64,000 nucleotides of DNA. It comes from Cenarchaeum sp. (GTDB lineage Archaea; Thermoproteota; Nitrososphaeria; Nitrososphaerales; Nitrosopumilaceae). Shown piece by piece: positions 49,772-60,457 of this stretch (position 1 is its first letter; each line of letters starts with the position of its first letter). The stretch is taken from positions 736,001-800,000 of the forward strand of contig OZ242221.1 of the NCBI GenBank assembly GCA_965206845.1, in the 5' to 3' direction. A program made the translations under genes and the position numbers. The notes under the pieces are model-generated. The model searched no databases, was not told the origin of the DNA, and saw nothing but the letters and a program-made list of their open reading frames with translations.

Positions 49772-50374
49772 ATGTTTACGGGGATAATCGAGGGAACCGG
49801 CACGGTGGAGAGCATAAGCCGCAGCACCAGCGGCCGGAGCGCCATCAGGATGACGGTGGACCTGGGCAAGAGTGCTCGGGGGCTGAAGATAGGTCAGAGC
49901 GTGGCGCTCAACGGCGTGTGCCTGACGGTGATAGAGCTAAACAAGGGCAGGTGCAGTTTTGAGATGATTCAGGAGACGGCAGAGAAGACCAGCATGGGAG
50001 ATCTGAAGAAGGGCAGCACGGTAAATATCGAGCGAAGCCTCAAGGCCAGCGACAGGCTGGAGGGGCACTTTGTCCTGGGCCATGTGGACGGCGTGGGCAC
50101 GATAGCGGAGATCCAGGAGAAGCCCGACGAGGTGCAGGTGTGGTTCCAGCTTCCCGAGGAGCTGACAAGGTATGTTGTCAAAAAGGGATCCATTGCCGTG
50201 GACGGCATCAGCCTGACCGTAGCGGATACCAGAAAAAACATGGCGTCTGTGTGCATGATCCCGCACACAATCCAGGTAACAAACTTTACACGCAAGGTCA
50301 AAGGCGACAAAGTTAATGTTGAAACCGACATTCTGGGCAAATACATTCTGGGGAAGAACAACCTACAAATTTAG
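49772..50374 (+). CDS. Riboflavin synthase, bacterial-type alpha chain
   Basis: N-terminal MFTGI, 'SVALNGVCLTV', 'GHFVLGHVD', 'GSIAVDGISLT'. Confidence 0.95.
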   Translation: MFTGIIEGTGTVESISRSTSGRSAIRMTVDLGKSARGLKIGQSVALNGVCLTVIELNKGRCSFEMIQETAEKTSMGDLKKGSTVNIERSLKASDRLEGHFVLGHVDGVGTIAEIQEKPDEVQVWFQLPEELTRYVVKKGSIAVDGISLTVADTRKNMASVCMIPHTIQVTNFTRKVKGDKVNVETDILGKYILGKNNLQI

Positions 50375-50430
50375 TGGTAGTTACCAGTTTTCTAGTAAGC
50401 TTTATAATCAGATCAGCCACGACCTACCAC

Positions 50431-51099
50431 ATGCACCTTGATGCCGCCATCGAGTCGCTACGGCATGGCGAGTTTGTCCTGCTGTATGACTCGGCAGGCC
50501 GTGAGAACGAGGTCGACATGGTGGTGGCAGCCGAGCACATTACCGCAGAGCACGTCGCGCGGATGCGGCAGCATGCCGGCGGCCTGCTGTGCACCGCAGT
50601 GGATCACGCCTTCGGCCAGAGGCTCGGCCTGCGCTACATACACCACATGCTCTCTGGCTCCCTTGATGCCGACGCCAAGGAGATGGTCATTGGACTGGCG
50701 CCCTACGGGGATCATCCAACGTTCTCAATCGCAGTCAATCACTACCAGACGTATACCGGCATTACGGACAGGGATCGCGCCCTGACCATACGGAAGATGG
50801 CAGAGCTGCACGACGCGGAGAACGCAAGGACCAAATTCATATCATCCTTTAGGACGCCAGGTCATGTGCCGCTACTCATGGCCGAGAACGGCCTGCTGGC
50901 CCGCAGGCGTGGACATACGGAGCTCTCTGTATACCTCTCAAAGATTGCCGGCCTCCGACCAGTCACCGCAATCTGCGAGATGCTGGACGCAGAGACGTAC
51001 TCCGCACTATCTGTGGCCAAGGCAGAGAGATACGCAAGGCAGAACGCCATTCCGTTTGTGAACGGACAGGGCCTTGTCGAGTATGCAAGGGTACACTGA
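50431..51099 (+). CDS. ribB: 3,4-dihydroxy-2-butanone-4-phosphate synthase
   Basis: 'RENEVD', 'TGITDRDRA.T', 'PGHV', 'RRGHTE', 'ICEM'. Confidence 0.93.
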   Translation: MHLDAAIESLRHGEFVLLYDSAGRENEVDMVVAAEHITAEHVARMRQHAGGLLCTAVDHAFGQRLGLRYIHHMLSGSLDADAKEMVIGLAPYGDHPTFSIAVNHYQTYTGITDRDRALTIRKMAELHDAENARTKFISSFRTPGHVPLLMAENGLLARRRGHTELSVYLSKIAGLRPVTAICEMLDAETYSALSVAKAERYARQNAIPFVNGQGLVEYARVH

Positions 51100-51101
51100 T
51101 C

Positions 51102-51548
51102 ATGAACATAGCCATCGTAGTCTCGGACTTTAACGAGGAGATAACATCAAGGATGCTCCAAGTGGCAAGGGAGAGGGCCTCGCTGCTGGGACTGGGGGTA
51201 GTCCATGTCAGCCATGTTCCCGGGGCATACGACATGCCACTGGTGGTGGATCACCTGCTCAGGAACCCCGGCATCGATGCCGTGGCAACACTGGGGGCAA
51301 TCATCCGGGGCCAGACAAAGCACGATGAGGCAATAGCGCAGGCAGTATCCCGGGCCCTGTCAGATCTGTCACTAAAGCACCAAAAGCCGGTATCCCTGGG
51401 AATCACAGGACCCGGGATGACCGAGCGCCAGGCATACGCCCGGATCAGGCCCGTAGCGGAGAGGTCGGTGGAGGCGGCAGCAAAGGTATCCCAAGAGATT
51501 GAGAGGATAAAGGCGGAGGGCGATCTTGTACCAGAGGATGGGCGATGA
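51102..51548 (+). CDS. ribH: Lumazine synthase
   Basis: 'IVVSDFN..IT', 'VPGAYDMP', 'LGAIIRGQTKH'. Confidence 0.94.
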   Translation: MNIAIVVSDFNEEITSRMLQVARERASLLGLGVVHVSHVPGAYDMPLVVDHLLRNPGIDAVATLGAIIRGQTKHDEAIAQAVSRALSDLSLKHQKPVSLGITGPGMTERQAYARIRPVAERSVEAAAKVSQEIERIKAEGDLVPEDGR

Positions 51549-52294
51549 TCCAGCTCACCATAATGAAGATTACCGGCTACGGGCCGTGGACCGTCACGCT
51601 GGGAAGCGACCGTGAGCATCGCCTGCAGATGCTGCAGGCATCAATGTATGGAAAGGTGCAGGAGCTCTTCTCTGCCCGGAACTCGCTGGTGTTTCTGAAC
51701 AGGGCCGACGAGTTCTTTGCGGTAACAAACGGTCTGGATCTTCAGGATCACATAGACATACAGGTGGAGCTCGAGTCCCAGTTTGATGTCAGACTGTCGA
51801 TGTCCGTGGGCCGCGCGGCAAGCCCGTTTGAGGCAAACATCCAGGCGCACAGGGCAAGATCCAAAAAGCCCCTTAATGAGAGCCACAGTATATACGGCTC
51901 CCTCAACGGAGGCGCCGATGACATGGTGACCATCATGCACCTTGATGTGGAGAACCTCACCTCAAGGGCCGAGACGATCTCGCCATATGAGATCTCGTCG
52001 ATCATCTTTGATCTGTACGCCAGAATGTCCGAGTTCTTCCAGAAGCGGGGAGCTCTCTCGTTCTTTATGGGCGGGGACAACTTCATGGTGGTGGCAGACG
52101 CGCAGGCAAGAGATGCCGTAGCCGAGTTTCTTGCCGACAGGAGCCGGAGCGGCATGGTGATCAACTGCGGCATAGGAACGGGCAGGACCGCGCGCCAGGC
52201 CGCAGGCCTTGCCACCGCATCCCTGGACACGATACGCAGCATGCGAGACTCGGGACAGAAAAAACCAGAGATCTACGAGACGCGATGCTCATAA
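51545..52294 (+). CDS. GTP cyclohydrolase IIa/III (ArfA-like)
   Basis: 'YGPWT.TLG.DREH.LQ', 'FMGGDN'. Confidence 0.9.
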   Translation: MIQLTIMKITGYGPWTVTLGSDREHRLQMLQASMYGKVQELFSARNSLVFLNRADEFFAVTNGLDLQDHIDIQVELESQFDVRLSMSVGRAASPFEANIQAHRARSKKPLNESHSIYGSLNGGADDMVTIMHLDVENLTSRAETISPYEISSIIFDLYARMSEFFQKRGALSFFMGGDNFMVVADAQARDAVAEFLADRSRSGMVINCGIGTGRTARQAAGLATASLDTIRSMRDSGQKKPEIYETRCS

Positions 52295-53469
52295 GAAATG
52301 CCAGTGTGTTGCTGGGAGAAGACCTCAGGTATGTGCAGGATACCAGTATCGGTATCCGCGGCGGGCGGTTCTGCGACATCGGGCAGGAGAACGGCGCCGA
52401 CGGGGAACAGGTGGACTGCGAGGGCCTGCTGCTGATTCCGGGCCTGGTCAACTGCCACACCCACGTGGGGGACTCGGTGGCAAAGGATGTGGCCCTCAAC
52501 GAGACGACCGACGGCAGGGTGCATCCGGCATCCGGCGTAAAGGCCCGGGTTCTTGAGGGAACCGACGACGGGCACCTGGTGCAGTTCATGAGGGCCGCCT
52601 GCCAGTCCATGGTAAGAAGGGGAATCACCACGTTTGTTGACTTTAGGGAAGGCGGCATGGCCGGTGTTGCGCTCCTGAGGAAGGCGGTCCGGGAAGTCGG
52701 GATCCGGCCCGTCATTATGGGACGGATCGGGAGCTACCAGAACGCAGGGCAGATACGGAAGAACAGCGGCCTTGTGGAGCCGCAGAAGGCAGAGCTGGCC
52801 CGGGTTCTGCAGTGTTGTGACGGTCTGGGCATAAGCGGGGCTAACGAGAACAGCGACGCGGTCCTAAAGCACTACTCCCAGACTCCCAAGCTGCGGGCCA
52901 TCCATGCGGCAGAGACGGAGCAGAGTACCAAGGCATCCCGTACCGTAACGGGGAGGAGCGAGGTGGAGCGGGCCTTGGAGATGCGGCCCCACTTTGTCGT
53001 GCATATGACGCATGCGTCTCCGGAGGAGATCCGGCTTGCGGCAGCCGGTACCCGCGGTGTCGTGGTCTGCCCAAGGGCCAACGGCGCCCTGGCAGGCGGG
53101 GTACCGGATGTGGGCATGATGCTAAAAGCCGGCTGCACCGTTGCAATAGGCACCGACAACATCATGGTAAACTCGCCGGATATGTTTCGGGAGATGGACT
53201 ACACGTGGAAGGTCGCCATGGGCAGGGACCGGTCCAGGATCGACCCACGGGAGATTCTGAAGATGGCCACGGTAAACGCGTCAAGGATCCTGTGCCGTGA
53301 TGTGGGGGTAATCCGGCAGGACGCCCCGGCAGACGCAGTATTTGTGAACAAGCATGCGCTGGATCTGGAGCCGATGCACAACCCGCATGCGTCGGTAGTG
53401 CACCGCGTATCCGAATCGGCAATCAGGGCAGTAATGATCGGCGGGAGGATAGTGCATGGCCAGATCTAG
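52285..53469 (+). CDS. Metal-dependent amidohydrolase
   Basis: 'PGLVNCHTH.GD', 'IHAAET', 'VH.TH', 'CPRAN', 'GTDN', 'ATVNA'. Confidence 0.88.
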   Translation: MLIRNASVLLGEDLRYVQDTSIGIRGGRFCDIGQENGADGEQVDCEGLLLIPGLVNCHTHVGDSVAKDVALNETTDGRVHPASGVKARVLEGTDDGHLVQFMRAACQSMVRRGITTFVDFREGGMAGVALLRKAVREVGIRPVIMGRIGSYQNAGQIRKNSGLVEPQKAELARVLQCCDGLGISGANENSDAVLKHYSQTPKLRAIHAAETEQSTKASRTVTGRSEVERALEMRPHFVVHMTHASPEEIRLAAAGTRGVVVCPRANGALAGGVPDVGMMLKAGCTVAIGTDNIMVNSPDMFREMDYTWKVAMGRDRSRIDPREILKMATVNASRILCRDVGVIRQDAPADAVFVNKHALDLEPMHNPHASVVHRVSESAIRAVMIGGRIVHGQI

Positions 53470-54127
53470 GCCCCGGGTGATACTCAGCGCCGCAGTGTCG
53501 GTGGACGGCAAGATCGCCACGGTTCAGGGCGACGCTGGACTCTCCTCCCGGGCCGACAGGAGGCGCGTGCACCTGCTGCGGTCCCGCGCCGATGCCATCC
53601 TGATCGGAAAGAACACCTTGGAGCTTGACGACCCGCTGCTCACGGCCAGGCTTGCAGGAGGAAGAAATCCCGTCCGTGTCATCCTAGACTCCCGTGGCAC
53701 GATCTCCTCCGGATCCAAGATTCTCAGAACCAGCGGCAGTGTTCCAACAATAATTGCAGTCACCAAGAGAATCTCAGAGGATGACATGCTGCGCCTGAGG
53801 AGGTCGCCGGCCGAGGTTGTGGTATGCGGTACGGAGGAGGTCGATATCAGGGCACTGCTGGCAGATCTCCACACCCGTGGCATTCGGCTCCTTCTGGTGG
53901 AGGGAGGCGGGATCATAAACTGGTACTTTGTCAAGCACGGCCTGGCAGACGAGGTGATAGTCACCGTTGCGCCGTACCTTGTGGGCGGACAGTCTGCGGC
54001 ATCCCTGATCCGGGGCGCAGGTTTCCCAAGCATCGCAGATTCGGCCAGGCTGAGGTTGCGAAGCGTATCCCGGTTCAAGGACGAGGTAGTTCTCGAGTAT
54101 GCCATACGCCAAAAGAGAGCGGCGTAA
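53456..54127 (+). CDS. Pyrimidine reductase of riboflavin synthesis (RibD C-terminal/ArfC)
   Basis: 'SVDGKIA', 'DAILIG..T...DDP.LT', 'VEGGG'. Confidence 0.92.
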   Translation: MARSRPRVILSAAVSVDGKIATVQGDAGLSSRADRRRVHLLRSRADAILIGKNTLELDDPLLTARLAGGRNPVRVILDSRGTISSGSKILRTSGSVPTIIAVTKRISEDDMLRLRRSPAEVVVCGTEEVDIRALLADLHTRGIRLLLVEGGGIINWYFVKHGLADEVIVTVAPYLVGGQSAASLIRGAGFPSIADSARLRLRSVSRFKDEVVLEYAIRQKRAA

Positions 54128-54157
54128 GTCCGGATGCGGCAGGGCCGCTCCGGGAGA

Positions 54158-54448
54158 CTAGCGCCGGCTTATCTTAAAGTCCCTCTTTGGCTGCTGGAGG
54201 GAGATGAGTATCTGCTTTAGCTGGTCGTCTGTAACCTGGGACTGCAGCCTCCCTTGGGACGCCATTCCGATGAGATAGTCTTCCACCATACCAGCAAGCT
54301 CTGGCTTGACCATTCTTATATTTGACAACCGCATTCGTGCCTTCTGCTCCAGTATCCGCTTGAGCGCGGCATCCTTTTGCGCATTGATCTCAGCCTGATT
54401 CGGCTTTTGTCCAGAGTGATCTCTTTCGTCTGGGTATGGAGAGCTCAT
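54158..54448 (-). CDS. PDCD5-like DNA-binding protein
   Basis: 'IL...AR.RLSNIRMVKPELA..VE.YL', 'RDFKISRR'. Confidence 0.9.
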   Translation of the reverse strand: MSSPYPDERDHSGQKPNQAEINAQKDAALKRILEQKARMRLSNIRMVKPELAGMVEDYLIGMASQGRLQSQVTDDQLKQILISLQQPKRDFKISRR

Positions 54449-54455
54449 TTTCACA

Positions 54456-54908
54456 CTACGCATAGATCATTAGCTGGGGATTGGCCGAGCCAAGCTCCTT
54501 GAGTATGTCTGTTGCCAGCCTGTCAATCTTCTGCATTCCCTGCTTTGAGATTATCCTGCCCCTCTTGTCCAGTCTCTCCACATAGCCTAACTTTTCCAAC
54601 CCATGAATTGCACTGCGGACGATGGCCCCTCCGGCGCTCTTGTGATGTGCCGCCCCGTATCCGGAAGGCTTGCCTCCGCCGTACACCTTGCAGAGATCCT
54701 GCACCCCCATGGGGCCGTGAATGTAGATCTTTCTTAAAACAGAGGCGCATCTTGTATGCCACCAGTCCCGGTTGTGGGGTGGCCTGATTGCGTGTGCCCC
54801 GGTCTTTACAAAGTGTATCCAGGCAGGTGCCGGAATGTCCTCACTCTTCAGTATTGCAGAAAGCCGACTGATCAGAAGGTCAGGCGGAACGTCATACACC
54901 TTTGCCAT
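54456..54908 (-). CDS. rps19e: 30S ribosomal protein S19e
   Basis: 'VKTGAH...P....WW..RCAS.LRKIY..GP.G'. Confidence 0.95.
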   Translation of the reverse strand: MAKVYDVPPDLLISRLSAILKSEDIPAPAWIHFVKTGAHAIRPPHNRDWWHTRCASVLRKIYIHGPMGVQDLCKVYGGGKPSGYGAAHHKSAGGAIVRSAIHGLEKLGYVERLDKRGRIISKQGMQKIDRLATDILKELGSANPQLMIYA

Positions 54909-55100
54909 AGGCTCAGATGTTCGGCAATCGTCTTATAAATCATTGAGCGGGGAGATTTCGGATCCGTACTGTCCTGATGCAGGCCGCGTTCCGGAGCGCA
55001 AAACGGCCGGTGGCAGAAGAACCCGTGTGGCGCCGGTACGCAAACCAGGTACGTCGCATGCTGCATTTGTCCCGGCGGCCGGAGCAGATACGGCCGCAGC

Positions 55101-55643
55101 CTACGATGCGCCGGGATGCCGCGATCCTGCGCTCACCACGCTCTTGCCGTGCCCGGTGGGTATGATCCTCTTTTGGGCTCCCGGAAACTCGGCATCAAGC
55201 TGGCTCCCGCCCTGGATTCTGTCCAGCAGAACCGCCAGCGCGCTTATCTCCGAGTGCGGCTGGTTCCCAACTGCCACGTTGTAGTCTGCCGCATCATAGA
55301 CCTCCCTGGGAACCTTCTCTGCACCCACCACCACCAGGATGTCCTTCTCCTGGCGGATCCGCTCCTGCACGCTGCCAATGCGCTCGCCGTACATAGTCAG
55401 ATGGACGATCTTGGATCTGTGCCTGTACCCGTGCAGGAGCTTGCGCCACTCGTCAACAAAGATCACCTCAAAGTTCCCTCCCAAGGATACGTTGACTTTC
55501 TCCAGAGTGTCCCTGATCTCCGGATTTACCTCGTTCATAAAGATCCGCCGGGCGCCAAAGGCCCTTGAGACCAGGGCCACATGAGTGGTAACCCTGTCGT
55601 CCCTTACCAGCCGCTGGCCGATTCGGAGCACCTCAATTACCAG
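55101..55643 (-). CDS. trm56: tRNA (cytidine56-2'-O)-methyltransferase
   Basis: '[15 protein letters not shown]', 'VHLTMYG', 'VGAEKVP', 'NQPHSE'; start codon uncertain. Confidence 0.93.
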   Translation of the reverse strand: MVIEVLRIGQRLVRDDRVTTHVALVSRAFGARRIFMNEVNPEIRDTLEKVNVSLGGNFEVIFVDEWRKLLHGYRHRSKIVHLTMYGERIGSVQERIRQEKDILVVVGAEKVPREVYDAADYNVAVGNQPHSEISALAVLLDRIQGGSQLDAEFPGAQKRIIPTGHGKSVVSAGSRHPGAS

Positions 55644-56745
55644 AAGCCACCACCCCGTAGTCCTCTGCAGGCTGTCCCGTCCTGTCTGACACCTTCCTGA
55701 TAAGCAGCTTGAGCTGCGCAATGTTGCTTCCGGTCTTTGCCGATACGGCAATCCACTTTCTGCCATCCTCCAGGCCCAGCAGCCGGGCCTTGAGTCTGAT
55801 CTCTGGCGCGTCCACCAGATCCGACTTGTTCAGCACGTACAGAACCCTGTCCTGCTCGACGCCAATCTCCCACAGCGTCTTCATGCAGCTCCGAAACTTC
55901 TTCCTCAAGTCAGCCGCCTGGTCGCTGATATCCACCACGACTATCACAGCGTCCGTATGGAGCAGCTCCTCCAGGGTTGACTTGAAGGCGTCTATCATGT
56001 AAGCAGGCAGCTTGCTGATAAAGCCGACCGTGTCAGAGATGAGAAACACCCAGTCCCCCACGGGAACGCGTCGCGTCGTGGTGGACAACGTGGTAAAGAG
56101 GCTCTTGTTCTGTTCCTGCTGCTCTCCTGTCAGCCGATTAAACAGCTTGGTCTTTCCCGCAGATGTGTACCCTGCAAGCGACGACGTCTGGAATCCGGCC
56201 CTCTGCCTTGACCTGCGGTGAAGCTCCCTCTGCCTTCCTGCCTTGAGCAGCTTGGACTTGACCCTGTGCATTCTGTGCTTGATGTCGTTGTAGTAAGTGT
56301 CCACCTCAAACTTTCCAATTCCCATAAAGCCCGGCTGCTCCCCCATCCTTGCCAGGCGGACCTTCTCCCTGGCCCGTGACATCTCGTACCTCAGCTGGGC
56401 CATCTTTACCTGCAGCCGGGACTCGGTGGAAGACGCCCTGCTCTCAAAGATCTCCAGTATCAGCGCCTCCCTGTCCAGAACAGTTATGTGCAGCTTGGAC
56501 GCCAGATTGTAGTTCTGACTGGGCTTGAGAATCTCGTCAAACACCACTACGTCAGGCTGCATGCTGTTCACCACCTCCTCTAGCCGCCGTACAATCTCTT
56601 CGCTTACTCCATACTTTGGCCTCTTGAGAAACCGGTGCCTGACTGTATGGCATACCGCATACCCGGCAGAATCGCACAGTGCGGCTGCTTCGCTGAAGAC
56701 ATCCTCTATGTCGTATGTGATTAGTATGGCAGATTTGATCTTCAT
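55633..56745 (-). CDS. hflX: GTPase HflX
   Basis: 'ILEIF..RA', 'GYTSAGKT', 'DTVGFI', 'NKSD'. Confidence 0.94.
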   Translation of the reverse strand: MKIKSAILITYDIEDVFSEAAALCDSAGYAVCHTVRHRFLKRPKYGVSEEIVRRLEEVVNSMQPDVVVFDEILKPSQNYNLASKLHITVLDREALILEIFESRASSTESRLQVKMAQLRYEMSRAREKVRLARMGEQPGFMGIGKFEVDTYYNDIKHRMHRVKSKLLKAGRQRELHRRSRQRAGFQTSSLAGYTSAGKTKLFNRLTGEQQEQNKSLFTTLSTTTRRVPVGDWVFLISDTVGFISKLPAYMIDAFKSTLEELLHTDAVIVVVDISDQAADLRKKFRSCMKTLWEIGVEQDRVLYVLNKSDLVDAPEIRLKARLLGLEDGRKWIAVSAKTGSNIAQLKLLIRKVSDRTGQPAEDYGVVASGN

Positions 56746-56761
56746 TGACGAGATACCAGAA

Positions 56762-57805
56762 CTAGGCCTTCTTCTTTAGTGCCTTTTCTATGTTGATGTT
56801 AAGCACGATCTCCGCTATGTCGCTGGCATACTCGGCCACCCTCCGGATATCCTCCGTGATCCGCCTTGTGCGATAGAGATCCTCGGCGTCTAGTGACTTG
56901 GCTACGTCAGTCACGCGCGTCTCATACTCGAATATGAGCTTGGCCTTCTCAATGGTCTCCTCTGCCTGCAGGTAGTCCTCCTTGAAGAGGGACAGGCACG
57001 CATCATCTAGCACGGACAGGGCAAACTTGCTCATATCCTGTATCTTGTCCATAATCTCCGGCCTCATCTCCTTCTTGAACTCCAGCAGATCGTAGGCTAT
57101 TCGTGTCGCATGATCGCCTGCGCGCTCGATGCTCTTCACAACCAGCCTGTATCCAAGACACTGCCTGGCATTGCTGAAACCAAGCTCCTTTAGCATGTGC
57201 CCGTTCTGTATTGCAATCTTTAGCTGGCGAATTATGTAGAACCCAAACCGGTCCACCTCGTCGTCAGTGCTTATTATCTCCTTGGCAAGATCCATGTTGT
57301 TCTCCCGCATGGCAAGCATCACGTCATCTAGCATGGACACTGTAAGATGCAGCATTCTCTTGAAGGCTCCGTTTACCGAGAGCTCCAGCAGGTTGACCAG
57401 CACCTGTATTGTTATCCCTCCCGTATGATCCGAGATTATCTCTGTTCCCATGAGCATTCTTCTTACCGCATCCTTTACCGCCGTTCTCTGATCGGGCCGG
57501 AGCCTTCCGCTCTTTGGGTTTACGTTGATGGTGTTCAGGCCAAGAAAGTACAGCGAGATCAGCTTTCTGACTATGGTGTGACTGGCCTCCTCAGGTCCGA
57601 TCTCGATGGTTACAGCCTCTGCCGGCATCCCTCTTGTCTTGTACTTTGGCGGGTAGATCTGCAGCACCGACGATCCGTCGCGCATCATTCTGAGCTGATC
57701 GCCCCGCTTCAGTCCCAGATCTGTAATCCACTGTTTTGGCAACGATACTATATATGATGACTTGCCGGTAAACTGGATTTTCCGGGTTTCCTCTCTTTCC
57801 CCCAT
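56762..57805 (-). CDS. Phosphate uptake regulator (AbrB + two PhoU domains)
   Basis: '[18 protein letters not shown]', 'DDEVDR', 'ERAGDHA', 'RVAEY..DIAE'. Confidence 0.9.
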   Translation of the reverse strand: MGEREETRKIQFTGKSSYIVSLPKQWITDLGLKRGDQLRMMRDGSSVLQIYPPKYKTRGMPAEAVTIEIGPEEASHTIVRKLISLYFLGLNTINVNPKSGRLRPDQRTAVKDAVRRMLMGTEIISDHTGGITIQVLVNLLELSVNGAFKRMLHLTVSMLDDVMLAMRENNMDLAKEIISTDDEVDRFGFYIIRQLKIAIQNGHMLKELGFSNARQCLGYRLVVKSIERAGDHATRIAYDLLEFKKEMRPEIMDKIQDMSKFALSVLDDACLSLFKEDYLQAEETIEKAKLIFEYETRVTDVAKSLDAEDLYRTRRITEDIRRVAEYASDIAEIVLNINIEKALKKKA

Positions 57806-57947
57806 AATGTATATAGGCATTCGAGAATTACATAATTTATACCTGCTCATATACAAAAGGGCAAATCTGCGCATATGACTCCGGACGCTGCCGGTTCTGT
57901 CCTGCGCGCAGCGCATGGACTAATATTTTGCCAGTACCGCACCACAT

Positions 57948-58415
57948 ATGATGGATCATGTTCTGAAGCTCAAGCACACGATAGACGCGCTGTTTGGCAG
58001 TGGCGTATCCAGGTATCTGCCAAAGGAGTTGAGCATCACGCTCTCAAGGAAGAACCGCCGGATTCGTAGCGTGTACCACGACGGCCGACTCCTGTGCACG
58101 CTGAGAATTGATGGCGGCCTTGCAATATCACCATACTTTGCACAGATGCTGCTCAAGAGCAGGACGTTTAGGCAGAGCTGTCTGGAGATCGATGACGAGT
58201 CAAGGCCCTTCGTGCAGCAGGGCAAGTCCGTCTTCTGTCGCCATGTGGTCTGGTGCGGAAGAAACGTCTCCATCTCATCGGAGACGCCGGTTCTCCACGA
58301 TGACAGGGTCATAGCTGTGGGACGGGCGGTACTGTCCAGGTCAATGATCATGTCCATGAAGCGCGGGGTGGCGGTCCGCATCAGAGATAGTTTTAAAACT
58401 GTAGAGGAGCAGTAA
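57948..58415 (+). CDS. PUA-domain protein (archaeosine TGT C-terminal-like)
   Basis: 'LFG.G', 'GKSVFC.HV', 'AVGRA', 'GVAVRIR'. Confidence 0.8.
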   Translation: MMDHVLKLKHTIDALFGSGVSRYLPKELSITLSRKNRRIRSVYHDGRLLCTLRIDGGLAISPYFAQMLLKSRTFRQSCLEIDDESRPFVQQGKSVFCRHVVWCGRNVSISSETPVLHDDRVIAVGRAVLSRSMIMSMKRGVAVRIRDSFKTVEEQ

Positions 58416-58422
58416 GGATGTC

Positions 58423-58761
58423 ATGATGCGGGGCGGAAACCGGAAGATGCGCCGGCAGATGGACAAGATGGGCCTTCAGATGGAGGAGGTATCAGACGTT
58501 CAGGAGGTCATCATAAAGACAGACAAGATAGAGATAATCCTATCAAAGCCCCAGGTATCCAAGATGCAGGCAAAGGAGGGCGGCGCCTTGTACACGGTCA
58601 GTGCGGACAACTACGAGGAGAGAGAGCTGGAGGTCCAGATATTCTCTGATGAGGCCATTAAGACTGTGTGCGAGCGGGCCGGCGTGGATGAGGAGAGGGC
58701 AAAGGGAGCCCTTGCCGAGGCAGAGGGCGATATTGTCAATGCCATAATGCTGCTACAGTAG
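58423..58761 (+). CDS. nac: Nascent polypeptide-associated complex protein
   Basis: 'RRQMDKMG...EVIIK' and C-terminal UBA-like 'GVDEE.A..AL....GD...AI'. Confidence 0.9.
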   Translation: MMRGGNRKMRRQMDKMGLQMEEVSDVQEVIIKTDKIEIILSKPQVSKMQAKEGGALYTVSADNYEERELEVQIFSDEAIKTVCERAGVDEERAKGALAEAEGDIVNAIMLLQ

Positions 58762-58853
58762 AATACATCCCGGGAACGGCAGTGTGCGCGGGTCGCCGGA
58801 TCCGCACGGCAGCTGTATGATTTAATTAATGGCGCCCAGAAATCATCTCAGAA

Positions 58854-59189
58854 ATGAACGGCGTGGCCGAATCCAAGGTTGGCAGCATAATCAAGTCGCT
58901 CTCGATGCTAGAAGATGATCTGGACTCTCTGCATTCCAAGGCATCAGATATGAAGAAGAACCTGTCAATCAAGGCACATAGCGAGATCGACAGGCTTTTG
59001 GAAGAGGTACGCAAGATGGCGGCCGCAGAGGCCGAGAAGATCATCACCGAAGCGCGTGCAAAGGCCCAGTCACAGGCAGAAAAGATAACCCAGGACGGAG
59101 AAGAGAGGCTGAAGGAGATACAAACCATGGTTGATGCAAACTTTGACGAGGCAGTTGAGGACGTTGTGTCGACCGTGTTAGAAAAATAA
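58854..59189 (+). CDS. Coiled-coil protein resembling A-ATPase subunit H/G
   Basis: 'AEKII.EAR.KA...AEKI...GE', 'NFDEAVE.V'. Confidence 0.6.
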   Translation: MNGVAESKVGSIIKSLSMLEDDLDSLHSKASDMKKNLSIKAHSEIDRLLEEVRKMAAAEAEKIITEARAKAQSQAEKITQDGEERLKEIQTMVDANFDEAVEDVVSTVLEK

Positions 59190-59226
59190 ACCTATATCAC
59201 ACAAGAGCGGTACCCTTACCATCAGC

Positions 59227-59847
59227 CTGTTCGGATACGCACGCATCGGCATTGCCACGGCTTATGGCAGACCATACTACAGGCTCTCAAAATTTCTTCG
59301 AAATCTGGATGTGGTATATGACTCCATACTCCCGGATCAGATCGAGTCGTATACAGGAAATCTGGTTCTTACCACACGGAGGGAAACACGGCGGAGCTCT
59401 GCAAGATACATGTTCTTTGAGGAGATGATCGACTCGCATCCTACAGTACTGCGTGGCATAATACTGCAGAGACTTGATCCGGATCTGGGGGAGAGGAAGC
59501 TTGTTCTGGGAATTGATCCCGGGCGCAAGCTGGGGCTGTCGGTCTACTACCTTGGCCGGGAGATCGAGAGCTCGTTTTACTCCTCGGTGGACGGCCTGGT
59601 GTCCCACATTGCCACAATCCTGTCAGATCTGCAGGCTCGAAGAAAGATTGTCAAGATCGGCAACGGAGACATGACGCAAGCCAGAGAGATAGGAGCCAGG
59701 CTAAAACTGGAGTCCCTCTCCCGCTTTGAGCTGGAGTTTGTCGACGAGAGCGGAACCAGCCTCAAGATCAGGCACTTTAATCAAAGCGGAAAGCGGGACA
59801 GGCTGTCTGCAAAGTATATCACACAGAGGGAGTCTGTGGCCCACTGA
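59227..59847 (+). CDS. Hypothetical protein with RNase H-like (YqgF-like) domain
   Basis: 'LGIDPG..LGL', 'KIGNG', 'VDE.GTS', 'D..SA..I'; frame is open upstream of the track start. Confidence 0.7.
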   Translation: MFGYARIGIATAYGRPYYRLSKFLRNLDVVYDSILPDQIESYTGNLVLTTRRETRRSSARYMFFEEMIDSHPTVLRGIILQRLDPDLGERKLVLGIDPGRKLGLSVYYLGREIESSFYSSVDGLVSHIATILSDLQARRKIVKIGNGDMTQAREIGARLKLESLSRFELEFVDESGTSLKIRHFNQSGKRDRLSAKYITQRESVAH

Positions 59848-60457
59848 CGCCATACCAGATGTAGTTAAAATTAACCTGATATGTAAAAAATACAGACAGT
59901 TGTGATAAAATTCTCATTGTTAAAACCAGTCATGAAAATGCCTTACGAAGAAGACAAGCTCCAGGGAATCGAGGTGGATGGTGCCAAAAAGCGCGCCAGC
60001 CTGCATCCGGATGCGCGCAGCCGTGCTGCTGGCACGGGAGCCAAACCGGTGCCAAAGAGCCCTTAAGGAGCCAATTTTTTGCCGTAAAGACCACAATGCC
60101 AAACCCAGCGTGCTGACGGCGCCAGGCAGTCTGACGCAATCCGGAAGACTCGCCCGTCCTTGTCGCGGCAGGACAGGCCAGCCATGTGGCGCATCCGGCG
60201 TTCCTGCAGGGGCTGTCCCGGAAGCCGGCAGGCCCAACCGCACCGGCTGCTGCCAGACAGGTGTTTGCTGCATGCTCTGACTGGGTGTCGTGTCAGGCAG
60301 GAGACACATCTGGACACTTGTGGCCGTTTCGTGCAGATTTAGGCGTAAATGATTACAGGTGAGACAGAATGCTGGAGCTTGTCCCATGCCCAATCTAGTC
60401 TCCTGCCCCGCCGGAATCATTTTGTTTATAAAATGGAGCATGCTGCCATGTATTAGG

